Assembly: GCA_017654855.1 (NCBI GenBank)
Contig: CM030338.1
Location: forward strand, 2,604,001-2,668,000
Length of the DNA stretch: 64,000 bases
From: Podospora anserina
Lineage: Eukaryota
Reading direction: 5' to 3'
The position numbers and the translations under genes are program-made. Below the pieces are notes generated by a model. That model was not told the DNA's origin, ran no database searches, and worked only from the letters and a program-made list of their open reading frames with translations. This document shows positions 35,976-47,700 of this stretch, piece after piece; position 1 is the stretch's first letter, and every line of letters begins with the position of its first letter.

Positions 35976-36393
35976 CTCAATAAAACCCACACCTGATCTT
36001 TCACACAATAAGCAAAAACGGGGCTGACCAATTCATAGGCACCACCACCTCGGCGATACTCCGTGCTGGAGAGACATCATCAGCAAACAACATCATGGCC
36101 AATTGATGATTCTCGATGATGAGTCGCATGTTCCCTGCCAATTGATCAGAAGTAAATTTAGATGCCGGGAACCACAGCTTCATGTCATGGATCTAGGTCC
36201 AGGAGCTGGCCCGCCGGTCTTTGTTGATGCCAGGCCGAGACCCCTTTTCAGCTCCTGAAAGCTGCCCACTTTTGGGTCTGAATAGACTCTGAATAGATCA
36301 ATAGACACAACATGGCGGTCTCAAGTTCCCACTTTGCAACTTCACCACCACTTTTATCACAATAAGGAGCTCGGTTCGCGAATAAGCCAATAA
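35976..36393. promoter_or_regulatory. Cluster of (T/C/A)CAATA(G/A) motifs, candidate MAT1-1-1 (alpha-box) sites upstream of the Ste3-type receptor
   Basis: CTCAATA at 35976-35982, TCAATAG at 36298-36304 (reverse complement CTATTGA), and CAATAAG near 36006, 36360 and 36388. These resemble the CTATTGAG-type MAT1-1-1 motif known from filamentous ascomycetes. Confidence 0.45.
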
Positions 36394-36680
36394 GATGGCC
36401 AACGCACCGAATAACTGAATAGCCCATGGCACGCACATAACCGTCCTGCCGGTTGCACCACATGGCAGCCGATCTTGTTCCTTAACTCTTTTCTTTATCC
36501 AGATCTACTACTCTCACAGCTTGATTGAGATCTTGACCTCTACTCTTACCTCTTCGTCATCATCGCCAAGATCGCTTTGCGGAATACCATCACTCTCAGC
36601 CTTGACCGTCAAGAATATCACTCAACAACCTCACCGGACCAGGAACCTCCCTCGCGAGCACCGGCAGTACAAGTTGGAAC

Positions 36681-38623
36681 ATGGCACCCCCAACACCAGA
36701 GGAACTCGCCACGCCAGGCTTCAACAAATGGTCTCTCTATGGCTTCACAACAACCCCGGAAGAGAGGATCGGCCCCGACGAGCCCTACACCTACCCATCC
36801 CTCCAAGTGAACCTCTTCTTCCGTGTCTTCCTCGGCCTCGTCTCCCTCTTCATCACCTGGGTCCCAGCCCGTCTCCTCTTCCGCAGCGGCGAGTTCGCCG
36901 GCACCGTCCTCTGCGTCATCACCATGATCCTCAACTTCTTCGCCGTCGTCAATGCCCTCATCTGGCGAGACGACAACGTGGAGGAGTGGTTTGCTGGCTA
37001 CGGGTGGTGTGACATTCAAACATACCTCAAGTTTGCTCTCGACACGGCCTTCAACATCTGTCTCTTTGAGATCATGCGGGGATTGGCGAGCAAGGTGGCT
37101 ATGAACAGAGCTACTGCCTTGACGTCCAAGGAGAGAAGACGCAACAGGATTATTTCGGCGGCGGTCATCTTTACGGTGCCGGCGGTGCAGATGATTCTCA
37201 CCTACTTCGTCGCGGTGGGCCGGTATAATGTATCGACACTGGTCGGGTGTGGGGTTTACTACTTTCCGAACTGGGTCTTCTTGGTGTTTTTCATTTTGCC
37301 TACGCCGATATTCTCTATTGGGGCGGCCATCATGGCTTGTAGGTTTTCTTCCCCTTCTGCCCCTTTGTACACAACCTAACAAACATCACAGGCCTCACCT
37401 TTTACCGCTACCGCCTCATCATGCGCGCGTCCAACAAAGTGATGCAATCCCGTGACAGCGTCGCCGCCGCGCGCCAATCCCGCGTCCGCAAGAAGCTTTA
37501 CTTTCTGACCCTCACCGTGATCGTCGTCGTCCTCCCGCTCATCCTCATCTTTTTCGTTAGAAACCTAAAGGTGGGGAGCCCATGGGACTTGTCTTATGAC
37601 TTTGCCTCCTTCCACTATGGTCCCGACCCCTTCAACCAGTGGTTTGTCTCGTTCACCACATCAGAGTACATGAACTTTCAACAGCTGAGCATCAGCTTCA
37701 TCCCCGAAGTCACGGGCATCCTGCTATTCATCCCCTTTGGCACCACCCCCGAGGCCCTCAACTCTTACCGCCGGGGCCTTCTCTTCCTTGGGTTGGGGTA
37801 CATCTTCCCTAAGCTACGAGAAGAGATCCCGTTGTACCCCAGCCCCTCCTCTTCAAGGGGCAATTCGACCAGCAACTCAAGAGCATCATGGTGGTCCTCC
37901 TTCCTCCGCCCCATCCGCGAAAACGCATCCTCTTTCATCGCCTCCCGCCGCCGGTCGACGACCACGACGGGTATGTCCAACAACAGTTCAAGAAAGGGAT
38001 CTATCCTCCCCACCGCGGAGCACCATAGCAATTCCACCTCTTCCCGGTCAACCTCTTTGCTCGTCAAGGAAAAAAGCACCAGCAACAACAACCCCTGGCC
38101 AGATCTAACAGCAGAGGAAATCGATCATTACAACAACCCGCACTCCCCTTCTTCTTCTTCCACTTCCACCTGCCCCCCAACGGGACGGAATCCTTTTCTG
38201 ATGGCAACCGCCATACCACTCAACGCCACGCCCCTCCCATCTCGACTTTCTACCGTCCTCCCAAAGAAAAAGACCACCACTAGTCCCATTGAAGAGGAAA
38301 AGGTGGTTGACGTTGGGAGCGAGGATGTAGCGGAGCCCTGGGACGTGGGGCATCAGGCTTCCAATGTTGAGTTTGATACACAGGTCTGGGTTGGGAATCC
38401 TAGGTCGGGGAGTCAATTGCCTTTGCCGAGTCCGGCGAGGTTTCAGCCTGTTGTGACGACGATTACTGCTGGTAGTGGGGATGGGGATCTTGAGGCTGGG
38501 GAGCATCAGCAGCAGAGGAGGGGGGTGGTGAGGGTTGAGACGAGGATTGCGCATACCCTGGAGCCGAGAGAGGAGGGAGAAGAACAGGTCGTGACGGTTA
38601 CGACGCCGACACATGCGAGTTAG
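36681..38623 (+). CDS. pre1: Ste3-type (lipopeptide pheromone) G-protein-coupled receptor
   Basis: Multiple hydrophobic TM segments; Ste3 signatures NALIWRDDNVEEWFAGYGWCDI and RYNVSTLVGC; intron 37339-37391 (GTAGGT..CCTAAC..CAG) joins the two ORFs in frame; Ser/Thr-rich cytoplasmic tail. Confidence 0.9.
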
Positions 38624-40129
38624 GTGCTTGTTGTGGAGAGGTCGTTGGTTGTTGTTAGTGGGTTGTGGGGGGGAGGGAGGAGGAGGAGTTGGGCTGGGGG
38701 GGAGGGGTATTGGGGTGTTTAGGGGGGGGAGATATCAGGGATGGGTAGATAATGGGCCGTTATATAGCTATTATTGTTTCCTTGAGTCTTTTATTGTGTT
38801 TCCCTTTTTTTTTTTTGTTGTTTCATTTTCATGGTGAAGAGGGGTCCGTTTACACAAGGCTGACAAGAATAGTGCGGCATAGCATTTCATTACATATTTC
38901 TTCTTCTGCCAGCACGCCGAGGGCTGGTTTTATGTGTCTATAGACAGATAATGTATCATAACACCAAGCTAACCTTGTCGACTTTGCACCGCTGTCAACT
39001 ATGCCATTTACACTCCAATATCTTGCTGGGTTACAGGTGTGAGATATTGTACATTTACTGAAATAACAGGAAACACCTCTTCATGACCACATTGGATCAC
39101 TTCCCAAGAAGGGCAATTATACTTGGCCAATGGACTTGATCCTTTCCCAAGTCAAACCTGGAGAAAGAAAGCACACACGCGATATAAAGCAACTTCACGA
39201 TCGCATCATATCTTTCAACACCTCTAGTGCGAAATACCCATCCATGTCCATAAACTGGTTCTTAGTTTGAAGCTGCATGGTAGCCTGATTTTGAGAGCCG
39301 TGCTGCTGCTTTTAGACAACACACTGAACACATGAGTGGGTTTGCCAGGTTGTTTGAAGCAATAAACCACGTAATCATGCCAAATTTCGAGAACTGCTAG
39401 AGGTAAGATTTACACAATAGGGCTGGCTTGTATTTCAGGGCATATTAGGGGCCTTTTCCTATCAGTTTGCATGCCTCGAGCTAACAAAGATGTCGGCAAA
39501 CGAGGCGCTTGACCTAAGTATGCCTCGGCCAGTGACTGAGGTTCGGGGTGGTGTTCTGAGGCTAGAGCACTCGGAGGGCTGAGATGTGCTATGCAGTGGT
39601 GAAGTCTTGGTCTTGGTGTTACTGGCTTATTGGCGGCGTGACTCACTGCTGGTTCAGGGGGCCTTGTTACTGAGTTTGGCTTGCCGAGTGAGCAGTCTCT
39701 ACATGGAAGGCCAGTTCACCTGAAATTGATGAAATATAAAGTTACCGATAGTTCTTTGACTTTTGAAGTAAACAGACACAGAAACCAGCGACAAGTGGAT
39801 TATCCAACTCATTCTTGCTTCACACCGAGAATAGCACTCACAACCCTAACCCGACAACTGCAAACAGTTTGTGCGTGTGGTAACCCCACATTTTCACCTC
39901 TCGCTCCTCATCATCCAAAACTCACATTCATCTCTCATCCCAACTTATACAAAGTGAGCCTCCCGCATTTTGTTCTATTTCTCCCAACCAGACTGAATGC
40001 TCAAACACCTCAGTCCATCCCTCAAAACCGCAACAAGACTCACCCAACTAACCACCAACCGAACCAGCTCACTCAACCCTCACTTTCACTTCTCACCCCG
40101 CTCATTCACCTTCACAACCACCCCCCAAA

Positions 40130-41086
40130 ATGGACGACAAAGCAGACCTCATCGCCGACCAACTCTCCCAAACCACCCCCTCATCCCGTGGCGGCGGTAA
40201 ACGCGGCGGCAGCCGAGAAGGAGGAGGTCGTCCCGGAGGAAGAGCAGTAGACCTCTCCCGCGCCCTCTCCCGCCTCCTCCGGCACCAAGCCTCCAACGCC
40301 GGCATCGACCTCGACAAAGAAGGCTACGCCCCCTAGATAAAGTCGTACGTTCCCCTTTTCCCCTCCCTCCCCAACCAACTAACCCCCTCCCCTCTAGCTC
40401 TCCTGGGGCCCCTCAAATCCCTCAAACCAACCTTTCCCGAAATCCTCTCCGCAGTCAAAGACTCGGACAAGCAACGCTTCGCCCTCAAACCCCTCCACTC
40501 TTCAACCTCAACATCCACCGACCCAAAAGACTGGCTCATCCGCGCCAACCAAGGGCATTCCATCAAGCTCGACTCGGACGCCCTCCTCAAACCCCTATCC
40601 CTCACCCCAGACCTCTCAAAAGGCCAACTCCCCATCCCGCCCACCGTCGTCCACGGCACCTTCTTCGCCTTTTGGCCCCTCATCAAATCAACCGGCGGCC
40701 TCAAGAAAATGGGGAGGAACCACGTCCACTTCAGCACTGGACTCCCCGACGACGACGAGGGCGTCATTTCTGGGATGAGGAAGGATGCAGAGTTGTTAAT
40801 CTACATTGACGTGCCAAAAGCAATGAAAGAAGGCAACCTAAAATTCTGGATGAGCGAGAACGGGGTTGTCCTCACAGAGGGAGAGGATGAGGAGGGGGTA
40901 GTGAGCTCAAAGTACTTTAAGGAGGTTGTCGGGCGGGATGGGGCGTTGGTGGGCGTTATCTGGAGGGATGGAGAGCCCATGGATGGGGGTGATTTACCTC
41001 CAGGGTTGAAGATCAGGCAGCCTCATGGCAAGGGGCCTGGGAGGGGAGGGAAACGGGGTGGGAGAGGAAGGGGAGGAGGACAGTAA
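40130..41086 (+). CDS. TPT1: tRNA 2'-phosphotransferase (Tpt1/KptA); reading frame broken in this assembly by two apparent 1-nt deletions
   Basis: Motifs LSRALSRLLRH, DKQRF, IRANQGHS, VVHGT, MGRNHVHF and SENGVVLT; intron 40345-40397. The frame needs one extra C in each C-run (40329-40333 and 40409-40412) to read GYAPLDKV|LSWGPLKSLKPTF. Confidence 0.88.
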
Positions 41087-41627
41087 AGATAATGTCACAC
41101 GTCAAAGCTTTTTGGTCGAGGTAAAATATTTTTAAAAAAAAACATTTTACATCCAAAACAACAAAGAAAAACCCCCGCAAAAATGCTTGCTATTCAAAGC
41201 CGACGACTCTGCGGTCGTCGTGTGAGTGATATACATGTATGTGTGTGTGTGTGTGTTTCTCTGAGCAATGCTAAGCTTACAACCCAACCAACTACTTCAT
41301 CGGAGGAAATGAACTGGTATTATATACCCATTATCCATCCATCTCCATCCACCACCTCCTCCCCCTTCCCCCCCCTCCCCAAAAGGTTTCAGTCAAGTAA
41401 AAAGTAAACTTTTCCTTCTTCAAAAACTCCAAAACCCTCGCTTTGCTCGCTTGCGTGCGCACACCAAAAAACACAACAACACCAACCAAAAAAAAATTGG
41501 GGGGGTTCTGTCCAACTTTCCCCCCCGCCAGCTTTCAAAACCTACAACTCCCCAGCATACCAATACAGATTCATATACAAGTCCAACCCAAAAAAAAAAA
41601 AAAAAAAAAAAATCAAAAAAAAAAAAA

Positions 41628-44528
41628 TCAAATCATCTCGTCGATACTCCTCACAATAGGCGTCTCCCCCAACGTCGGCGGACTCCTGGGATCCTCATTT
41701 TGCATCGGCCTCCCAAAAGGAAAAAACGGATCCCGTGGAAACATCGTCTCCCTCGGCGAAAAAAGTCCCAGTGCCTCGTCGGCGGGCGTAGGAGGAGCTT
41801 GAACCACCTCCGCAAACTGCGCCGCTGCCACGGCAAGAGCCTGATGAAGAGGGTTATTCGTCATCACCTCGGCCCTAGGCGAGAGGGTTGGGTCGCTAGC
41901 ATTCGGTGGAAAGCCTCGCATGGCAAGAATATTGTCCTTGGGCGGAACGGGCGGCGGCACAACAGGAGCGATATTCAGAGGCGCGAAGCCAAACGTGCCC
42001 ATAGACCTCTTCTTCTCGAGGGTTTTCGGTGCTGGCGACAACTTCAACGGTGCGAGGCTGATTTGTGATGACTTCTTTTCCAGCTTCTTGGGCGGCGGGG
42101 TGAGATTGATCGGTGCAAGAGTAGCTTCCGACTTCTTCCTCTCCACCGTCTTGGGAGGCGGCGCAAATGTCATCGGGGCGAGCTTGAAATTGTTTTCAGA
42201 CTTTTTCTTCTCCGGCTGTGACGGCGGCGGAGCAAAGGTCATCGGCGCAAATCCAAAGGTGCCGTCTGAGGCCCCAAATCTATGCGCGCCAAAGCCCGGT
42301 GAAGCTGGCGGCCTGGCAAAGGGGTCTGATGGTGGGAATCCTGGAGACATGGGAGGTCTCGAAAGATCGAGCGGTGCCAAGTTTTGCGATGCTGGAGGCT
42401 TTGAGATGGTAAGAGATGCAAAGCTGGGAGGCGCAAAGCCGGGGGATTTTGGCGGCTCGGCAAATGAGCCAAAGCCGGGTGATGGCGGTGGTCTTGACAG
42501 AGAGAATGACCCAAAACCTGGTGATGGTGGTGGCTTGCTCAAGGTAAAGGAACCGCCAAAGCCAGGAGAGGGTGGCTCTCTGGAGATAGTAGGAGGCACA
42601 AACCCTGGAGATGGCGGTGGTCTCGCGAATGAGCTGTCCGAAGAAGCAAACCCGGAATCCGGCTGCGAAGGGACGAGGAACGAATCGATATTAAAACGGC
42701 CAAACTTTCCAGGATCCGACTCGTCCTCTTTTTCGGTCCAGGAAAAGCTGGAAGGCGCGGATGATGGGCCAGGCGAAATGGGTTCACCTCTGTTTGGCGT
42801 TGAGTTGCCCCTTGCTCTGCTGGGGCTTCGTTCAGGGCTCCCAGATCTCGAGGCTGGGTCTTCGCTTGGTAGTGGTGCGGTGAGAGGCTCCTTGGGCGGT
42901 GCCTCGATGTGATCTGCGGATAACGTCGCCCTGTGCATTGGGCTCCTCCCGGATCGCGACTTCAAGCCAGCACTCGGGACAGCCAATCTCTTCCTCGACG
43001 AGACTTCTTTCTGGAAATCTTGCAAGCAGTACATCAGCCTCATATTGGGGCTGATCCACCTGCTCTTCGCCTGGGCCGCGTAGTAAGCATCGTTGACGGT
43101 CAGGTCGGGATTTTGATACAGCCCGTAGGCAATGATCAAGCTGGCAGATCTGCTGGCACCCTGCTGGCAGTGGACCAAAACCTTCTTGCCGTCCTTTGTC
43201 CGCCTTTCGATTGTTTCGCAGAGCCCCATGAGATCCTTGCCAATATCGGTGTTGTGATCCCAGGGAATGTGAATATACTCTGGCTCCTTGAAAGACTGGG
43301 CCTTAGGGGTCGTAGGCGTGTCAGCTGAGCTTCCCTCTGGGAAATACTCAAAGGCGGTCGCAAAGCTCGAGTTTGTTACCGCCGTATCTGGCTCCACGGG
43401 AGACATTGTTTGGCCATCCGAAGCCGCAGAGTCCTTTCTGCTAGCGTAAGGCTTGAACGGGTTCATAACCTCACGAGCGACATTGATCACCACGTCAAAG
43501 CGAGACGCTTCCTCGGCAGTGGGCTCGAGGTACAAATACACATTGTCGCTATAGATGGCGATTGGGCCGTCGGGGTATCCGGGCGTTTTCTGATCCTCGT
43601 TATTTTCGACCTCGTGGAATGGCTCAAACTCATAAGCGGCGCGGTTGGCGATTTGTGTTCGTATTGGTGAATCTTCTTCCTGGATGGTCGATCCTAAGCC
43701 AGGTGCCACGGCAGGCTTGGGTGGTCGCAGGAAAGAAGACAATCCTGTCTCATTTCTCTCCAGCACTGTTGGAATAGTCATGCCTCCCGCGGGACCAAAT
43801 GTGGCCGACTTCAAGCCTGAGAGCATATGTGGCGACGAAGTGGAATGCTTCAGAGCGCGGCGCTGCAGAATGGGACCAACCGAAACTGATGGTGAGCTAG
43901 GAACTTCGAGTGTTGTGCGCGCAATGAGATCCGAGGTGCTGGTCTTGAGGCTGAGCTGACTTGGCTTCCGCTTCGTGGTAGGAATTTTGGGTTTGATGAA
44001 AGAGGGAGAAGATGGTTCAGACACTTCGGTCGAGGATAGTGATGGTGGCTGGATCGAAAGCCCCTTCATGTTTTTTGGCCGCCGGGGAACTGGCGATGTC
44101 ATCGGCCGCTCCAAGGTTCGGCCAGAGGTGTTGATGGTGAGGTTGGCCAATCCATGGAGACCACTGAAAGAGGCAGGCGCAAAAGGCCGAAGAGGAACAA
44201 GATTAATCGGAGAATCAGGGGAGGATGATGGTGAGGGGTCAGAAAGATCCGAAGAGTCTGTGCAAGACACGGTGGTGGTTGGCGAAGACTCTGCAGATTC
44301 GGCGGTGGATGTGCTGTCGTGGTGCTTGTGAATGGAATCTGAAGACAAGACGCCGGGCCGCAGGGCCGGCTCTGAGTCTCGTGGCAGTTTTGTATCCTCC
44401 ATGACCAGCTTGGGGTCAACAACTGTGACGGTATTTGAGGCGTCCACAATTCCGTTTTCCACGTCCAAAACAGTCATAAATGAGGGTATTTGGTCCTCAT
44501 ACAGCCTGCGAGGCGCGGCTGAAGGCAT
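41628..44528 (-). CDS. pmp1: Dual-specificity MAPK phosphatase, Pmp1/Msg5-like
   Basis: Catalytic loop VLVHCQQGASRSASLIIAY; YPDGPI..VYLYLEPT, FDVVINVAREV, YIHIPWDH and WISPNMRLMYCLQDF; N-terminal docking-like RRPKNMKGLSI; 966-aa intronless ORF. Confidence 0.85.
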   Translation of the reverse strand: MPSAAPRRLYEDQIPSFMTVLDVENGIVDASNTVTVVDPKLVMEDTKLPRDSEPALRPGVLSSDSIHKHHDSTSTAESAESSPTTTVSCTDSSDLSDPSPSSSPDSPINLVPLRPFAPASFSGLHGLANLTINTSGRTLERPMTSPVPRRPKNMKGLSIQPPSLSSTEVSEPSSPSFIKPKIPTTKRKPSQLSLKTSTSDLIARTTLEVPSSPSVSVGPILQRRALKHSTSSPHMLSGLKSATFGPAGGMTIPTVLERNETGLSSFLRPPKPAVAPGLGSTIQEEDSPIRTQIANRAAYEFEPFHEVENNEDQKTPGYPDGPIAIYSDNVYLYLEPTAEEASRFDVVINVAREVMNPFKPYASRKDSAASDGQTMSPVEPDTAVTNSSFATAFEYFPEGSSADTPTTPKAQSFKEPEYIHIPWDHNTDIGKDLMGLCETIERRTKDGKKVLVHCQQGASRSASLIIAYGLYQNPDLTVNDAYYAAQAKSRWISPNMRLMYCLQDFQKEVSSRKRLAVPSAGLKSRSGRSPMHRATLSADHIEAPPKEPLTAPLPSEDPASRSGSPERSPSRARGNSTPNRGEPISPGPSSAPSSFSWTEKEDESDPGKFGRFNIDSFLVPSQPDSGFASSDSSFARPPPSPGFVPPTISREPPSPGFGGSFTLSKPPPSPGFGSFSLSRPPPSPGFGSFAEPPKSPGFAPPSFASLTISKPPASQNLAPLDLSRPPMSPGFPPSDPFARPPASPGFGAHRFGASDGTFGFAPMTFAPPPSQPEKKKSENNFKLAPMTFAPPPKTVERKKSEATLAPINLTPPPKKLEKKSSQISLAPLKLSPAPKTLEKKRSMGTFGFAPLNIAPVVPPPVPPKDNILAMRGFPPNASDPTLSPRAEVMTNNPLHQALAVAAAQFAEVVQAPPTPADEALGLFSPRETMFPRDPFFPFGRPMQNEDPRSPPTLGETPIVRSIDEMI

Positions 44529-44706
44529 ATTCGGCAGTGCTTGGAGAGGCGAAAAGTGCGTCGCCGTAATGTTCCTCCGTCTTTTGCTCCGGTCCGGTCA
44601 CAAGTTGGCCACCCGGTCTCTTGACCTCCCCGCCGTCTGATAGTCACCGAGAGGCGAAAAATAGAAAGCCGAGGTCTTTCACCACCGGTGTTGAAATTAT
44701 GGAACT

Positions 44707-44742
44707 AGTGTGTGTGTGCGTGTGTGTGTGTGTGTTTGTGTA
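44707..44742. repeat. (GT)n microsatellite upstream of the phosphatase gene
   Basis: Interrupted GT dinucleotide run. Other simple repeats: (CT)n ~11656-11679 and ~58729-58758, (ATCCC)n ~12547-12574, poly-A ~41590-41626, (GA)n ~63535-63562. Confidence 0.9.
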
Positions 44743-47700
44743 TGTCGAATTGAGTCGGCACACTGGTTGAATCGAAGGTCGACTACTAGACTAGGTTTCG
44801 GACCAAAGGGACAGCGCTGCTGAATCCGATCCACACTTGACGAGTGTTGAGTGAAGAGAATTTAATTAGTGTGTCGCAGGAAGAAAAGAGAAGCAAAAGA
44901 GCAAAGAAATCCGTGAAATTGACAAGGGCGCACGATGTTGTCGGTGTTGTCTGAGGCGGGCGCGTAGACTCGTGGTGGAGGCTGGGGTGATGGTCTCGCT
45001 AAATGGTTGCGCGGAGAGACGGCGGCGCAGCCAGAGCAGGAGGAGACGAGACGAGACGGCGGATTCAGGATCAGAAAAGATGAGAAGGAGAAAGGCGTCA
45101 ATACATGGTCCTGTCTTCACACAATGTCGAGAGTCGACGGGAGTAGGCAGGAAGAGAAGACCGGAACCCGGGCTGAAGGGATTGACGGGTGAGAACAGCG
45201 GGGCCTAGGTTTCCTTTGTCTGGGAGGGAACAAGAAGAACCGAGTCTCGGGATCCCGCTCGAGTGCCGTCCGACAGCTTCCTTCGTCTGGGGTTTGGAAT
45301 TTGAAAAGTGAAGGGAAGGGAATGGTTTGGCAAGAAAGGGAGAAAAAAGGCGTCTCAATGGGAGGATGGGAGAGAGGAGAACCGCGCTGTGGCAGTGGCA
45401 GCAATGCACAGAAAGCGCTGAATGGGGGGGGCAGGACAACTAGGCCTGGGCAGGCAGAACACCCCTGGACACCAGCATTCCTCCATCTGCACCAGAACAG
45501 AACGCTGAGGAGCCTTCTGCGTGGGGAGCACTGGCCCTGTGGCCGCGAACAGGGGGTGTTCAGCCAATCAGAGAGCGTCCTCCAACACCGGCGGCTAGCG
45601 GCCTTTGCAACTTGCTTGCTTTCAAACAATCCATGCTATTAATAGACAGTGCGACCGTGGATGCAAAAATTGGACGGCACTCCTGATTGGCTGGCTGACC
45701 CTTGCTGCACTGTCCGACCACGATTTGATTTCCCTCGATTTTCCCCCAGAGATGTGCCTCGACCTCTGCGCTTCGGCTGCGCTTGATCCTTTCCACCTTC
45801 TGCTTCTGTCAGAATGACTCTCCTATTATTATGAGAAGCTATCGCCTCGCCGAGGTTGTTTTCTCCCTTCCACATGTATGTTCCGTCTACACAGCGCTTA
45901 TATTGCTTATATATCGAGTTACAATATGGTAGGTAATTAAGGAACATAAATGAAGGACTGTTGGCGCCAGTTGCCGACGTCCCCCACACCATTAGCCGCT
46001 CTTTCTTCAACTTTCGCAGTTCGACCCATGACTCCGGTTCGCAGAGCGGTCATCTGATGAAGCTGCTGGATATCGAGCAGCTCAAAGTCCGGCCGAGACA
46101 AGATTCTCGGTTGCATCAGTCAGTCCACCGAGTGCAAGAACACAAAAGGAAGTGTGCTGAACCGCTTTGTATACAGTTTCCAGGCCTTTGATGACCGGTC
46201 TGTTTGAATTATGTTCAACTTTCCGCGTCGAACAACCTCGCCCTGCCGTCTTGTTGTTTTCTTCTTCTTCTTATTATCATTATTACCTGTGATCATGAAT
46301 TTTATTCTCATGTTGAAGAAGTCAACCTGTTCCTGTGGAGACGGACAGGCTCTCGGTGGGATCTGAAACAAGCCAAATTGAAGAGGTGGAGCGTGTGGAA
46401 TTGCCCTGTGCGCTATTAAATAATTTCACGTGCCAAGTGTGGCATCGAAACGCCAAGAGCTGAACACCGCAGAGCCTCAAGACTTCTCGGACACAAGAAC
46501 GCCAACAGCTGAGTGACGTGCTCTCGTCGAGACCGGCCTGGACCTTCTTCAGTCCATTTTGGACGGTCCAGATTGTGACTGCTGACAGTTTGACAGCCTA
46601 GTTTCAACAACAATCCGCCTCCAGCCTGCCAGACTCCGTGCGGAGTTAGCGATAGATTGAACCTCACGTGCCCATGGTTCAGGCCTTGAAGTCAATACCC
46701 AGTGCTGGGTCAATGACGCATAACCTGGCGGGAACACCACGTGCTTACGATCCGTCGTTGCTTCTATTGCGGAACGTGTCTGGCGCACCAAACTCGGCTT
46801 CCCGGCTGGTAATACCTCTCTTGATAGCAGTAAAACGAACACTCCTCCGTCTCAACTTTGCTGCGCTCCTGTGTCAAACGGCGCCCATTTCTTGCTTCAG
46901 CACGCAAGGGGAGCATGATACATTCCCAATATGGGTCCATTTTGCTCCTTTTCAACAACACTGGACGATAAATACGGGGCTTTGTTTTCCAGACAGGTCA
47001 AGTTTCAAACAGCCCCCAGGGTTTCTGTTTTTTCTCTTCTCGTCTGGAGTAGCAAAATAAAAAAAGCTTCGAGCTCGCCAACGTAGACGAGGTAGTACTC
47101 GGTCGGGTATCCGTTCCAGCAAGTTACCAGGTTCCTGGCGATTGCGAGCCTGTTCGTCATACTTTTGATGCCCCCAAACATTCCACAAATCTGCTTCAAG
47201 TTTGGGCCGGCATTTGTACCCCTCGATCCACACGTCTGAAACAATGTCGTCCAAACGAACGAGCCACCACAAGGGTGACATGGCGTCGCAAGGACAAGCT
47301 GGATTGAGTGTGCTCGCTTCCGGTCTGATTGCTCGACGGACCTCGGAAAACCGTGACGTGACCCTTCCGGGTCGGCCTGGAATCGGGCCTCCCCCGCCAT
47401 GCGAGAGATGGGGCCGGAAAGACGGCCGTGTGGGGTCCGAAAAGCTTGGTCTCGGCACCGGAGCGGCCATGACTTGAGGCCAGACTCCAGAATTCGCGGA
47501 AGCGCCCGCCGTCACGCTGACGGTCGGTAACGCCTTGTCCTCGCTGTCATTCCATTAATGACATTTCCAGCTACCCAAGTAAATATCTCAAGCTCGCCGT
47601 CAGTTCCGTTCTAACTCGACCTCCTATGCACCCCCTGCATCATGCTTCCGACTACGGATATGTGGACTCGACCAAGCTGCCAAAAGACAGCTTGACGTCT

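Noticed and set aside
40334..40336. TPT1 TAG as an A-to-I-corrected premature stop
   Set aside because: Editing to UGG would still leave the downstream exon out of frame. Two single-C insertions explain the sequence.
41920..42912. Long alternative-frame or antisense ORFs (e.g. 41920-42912 +, 16726-17643 -, 32613-33635 -, 28200-28940 -, 30129-30980 +)
   Set aside because: These are shadows of GC-rich or repetitive real genes, or run through low-complexity sequence. They have no recognisable domains.
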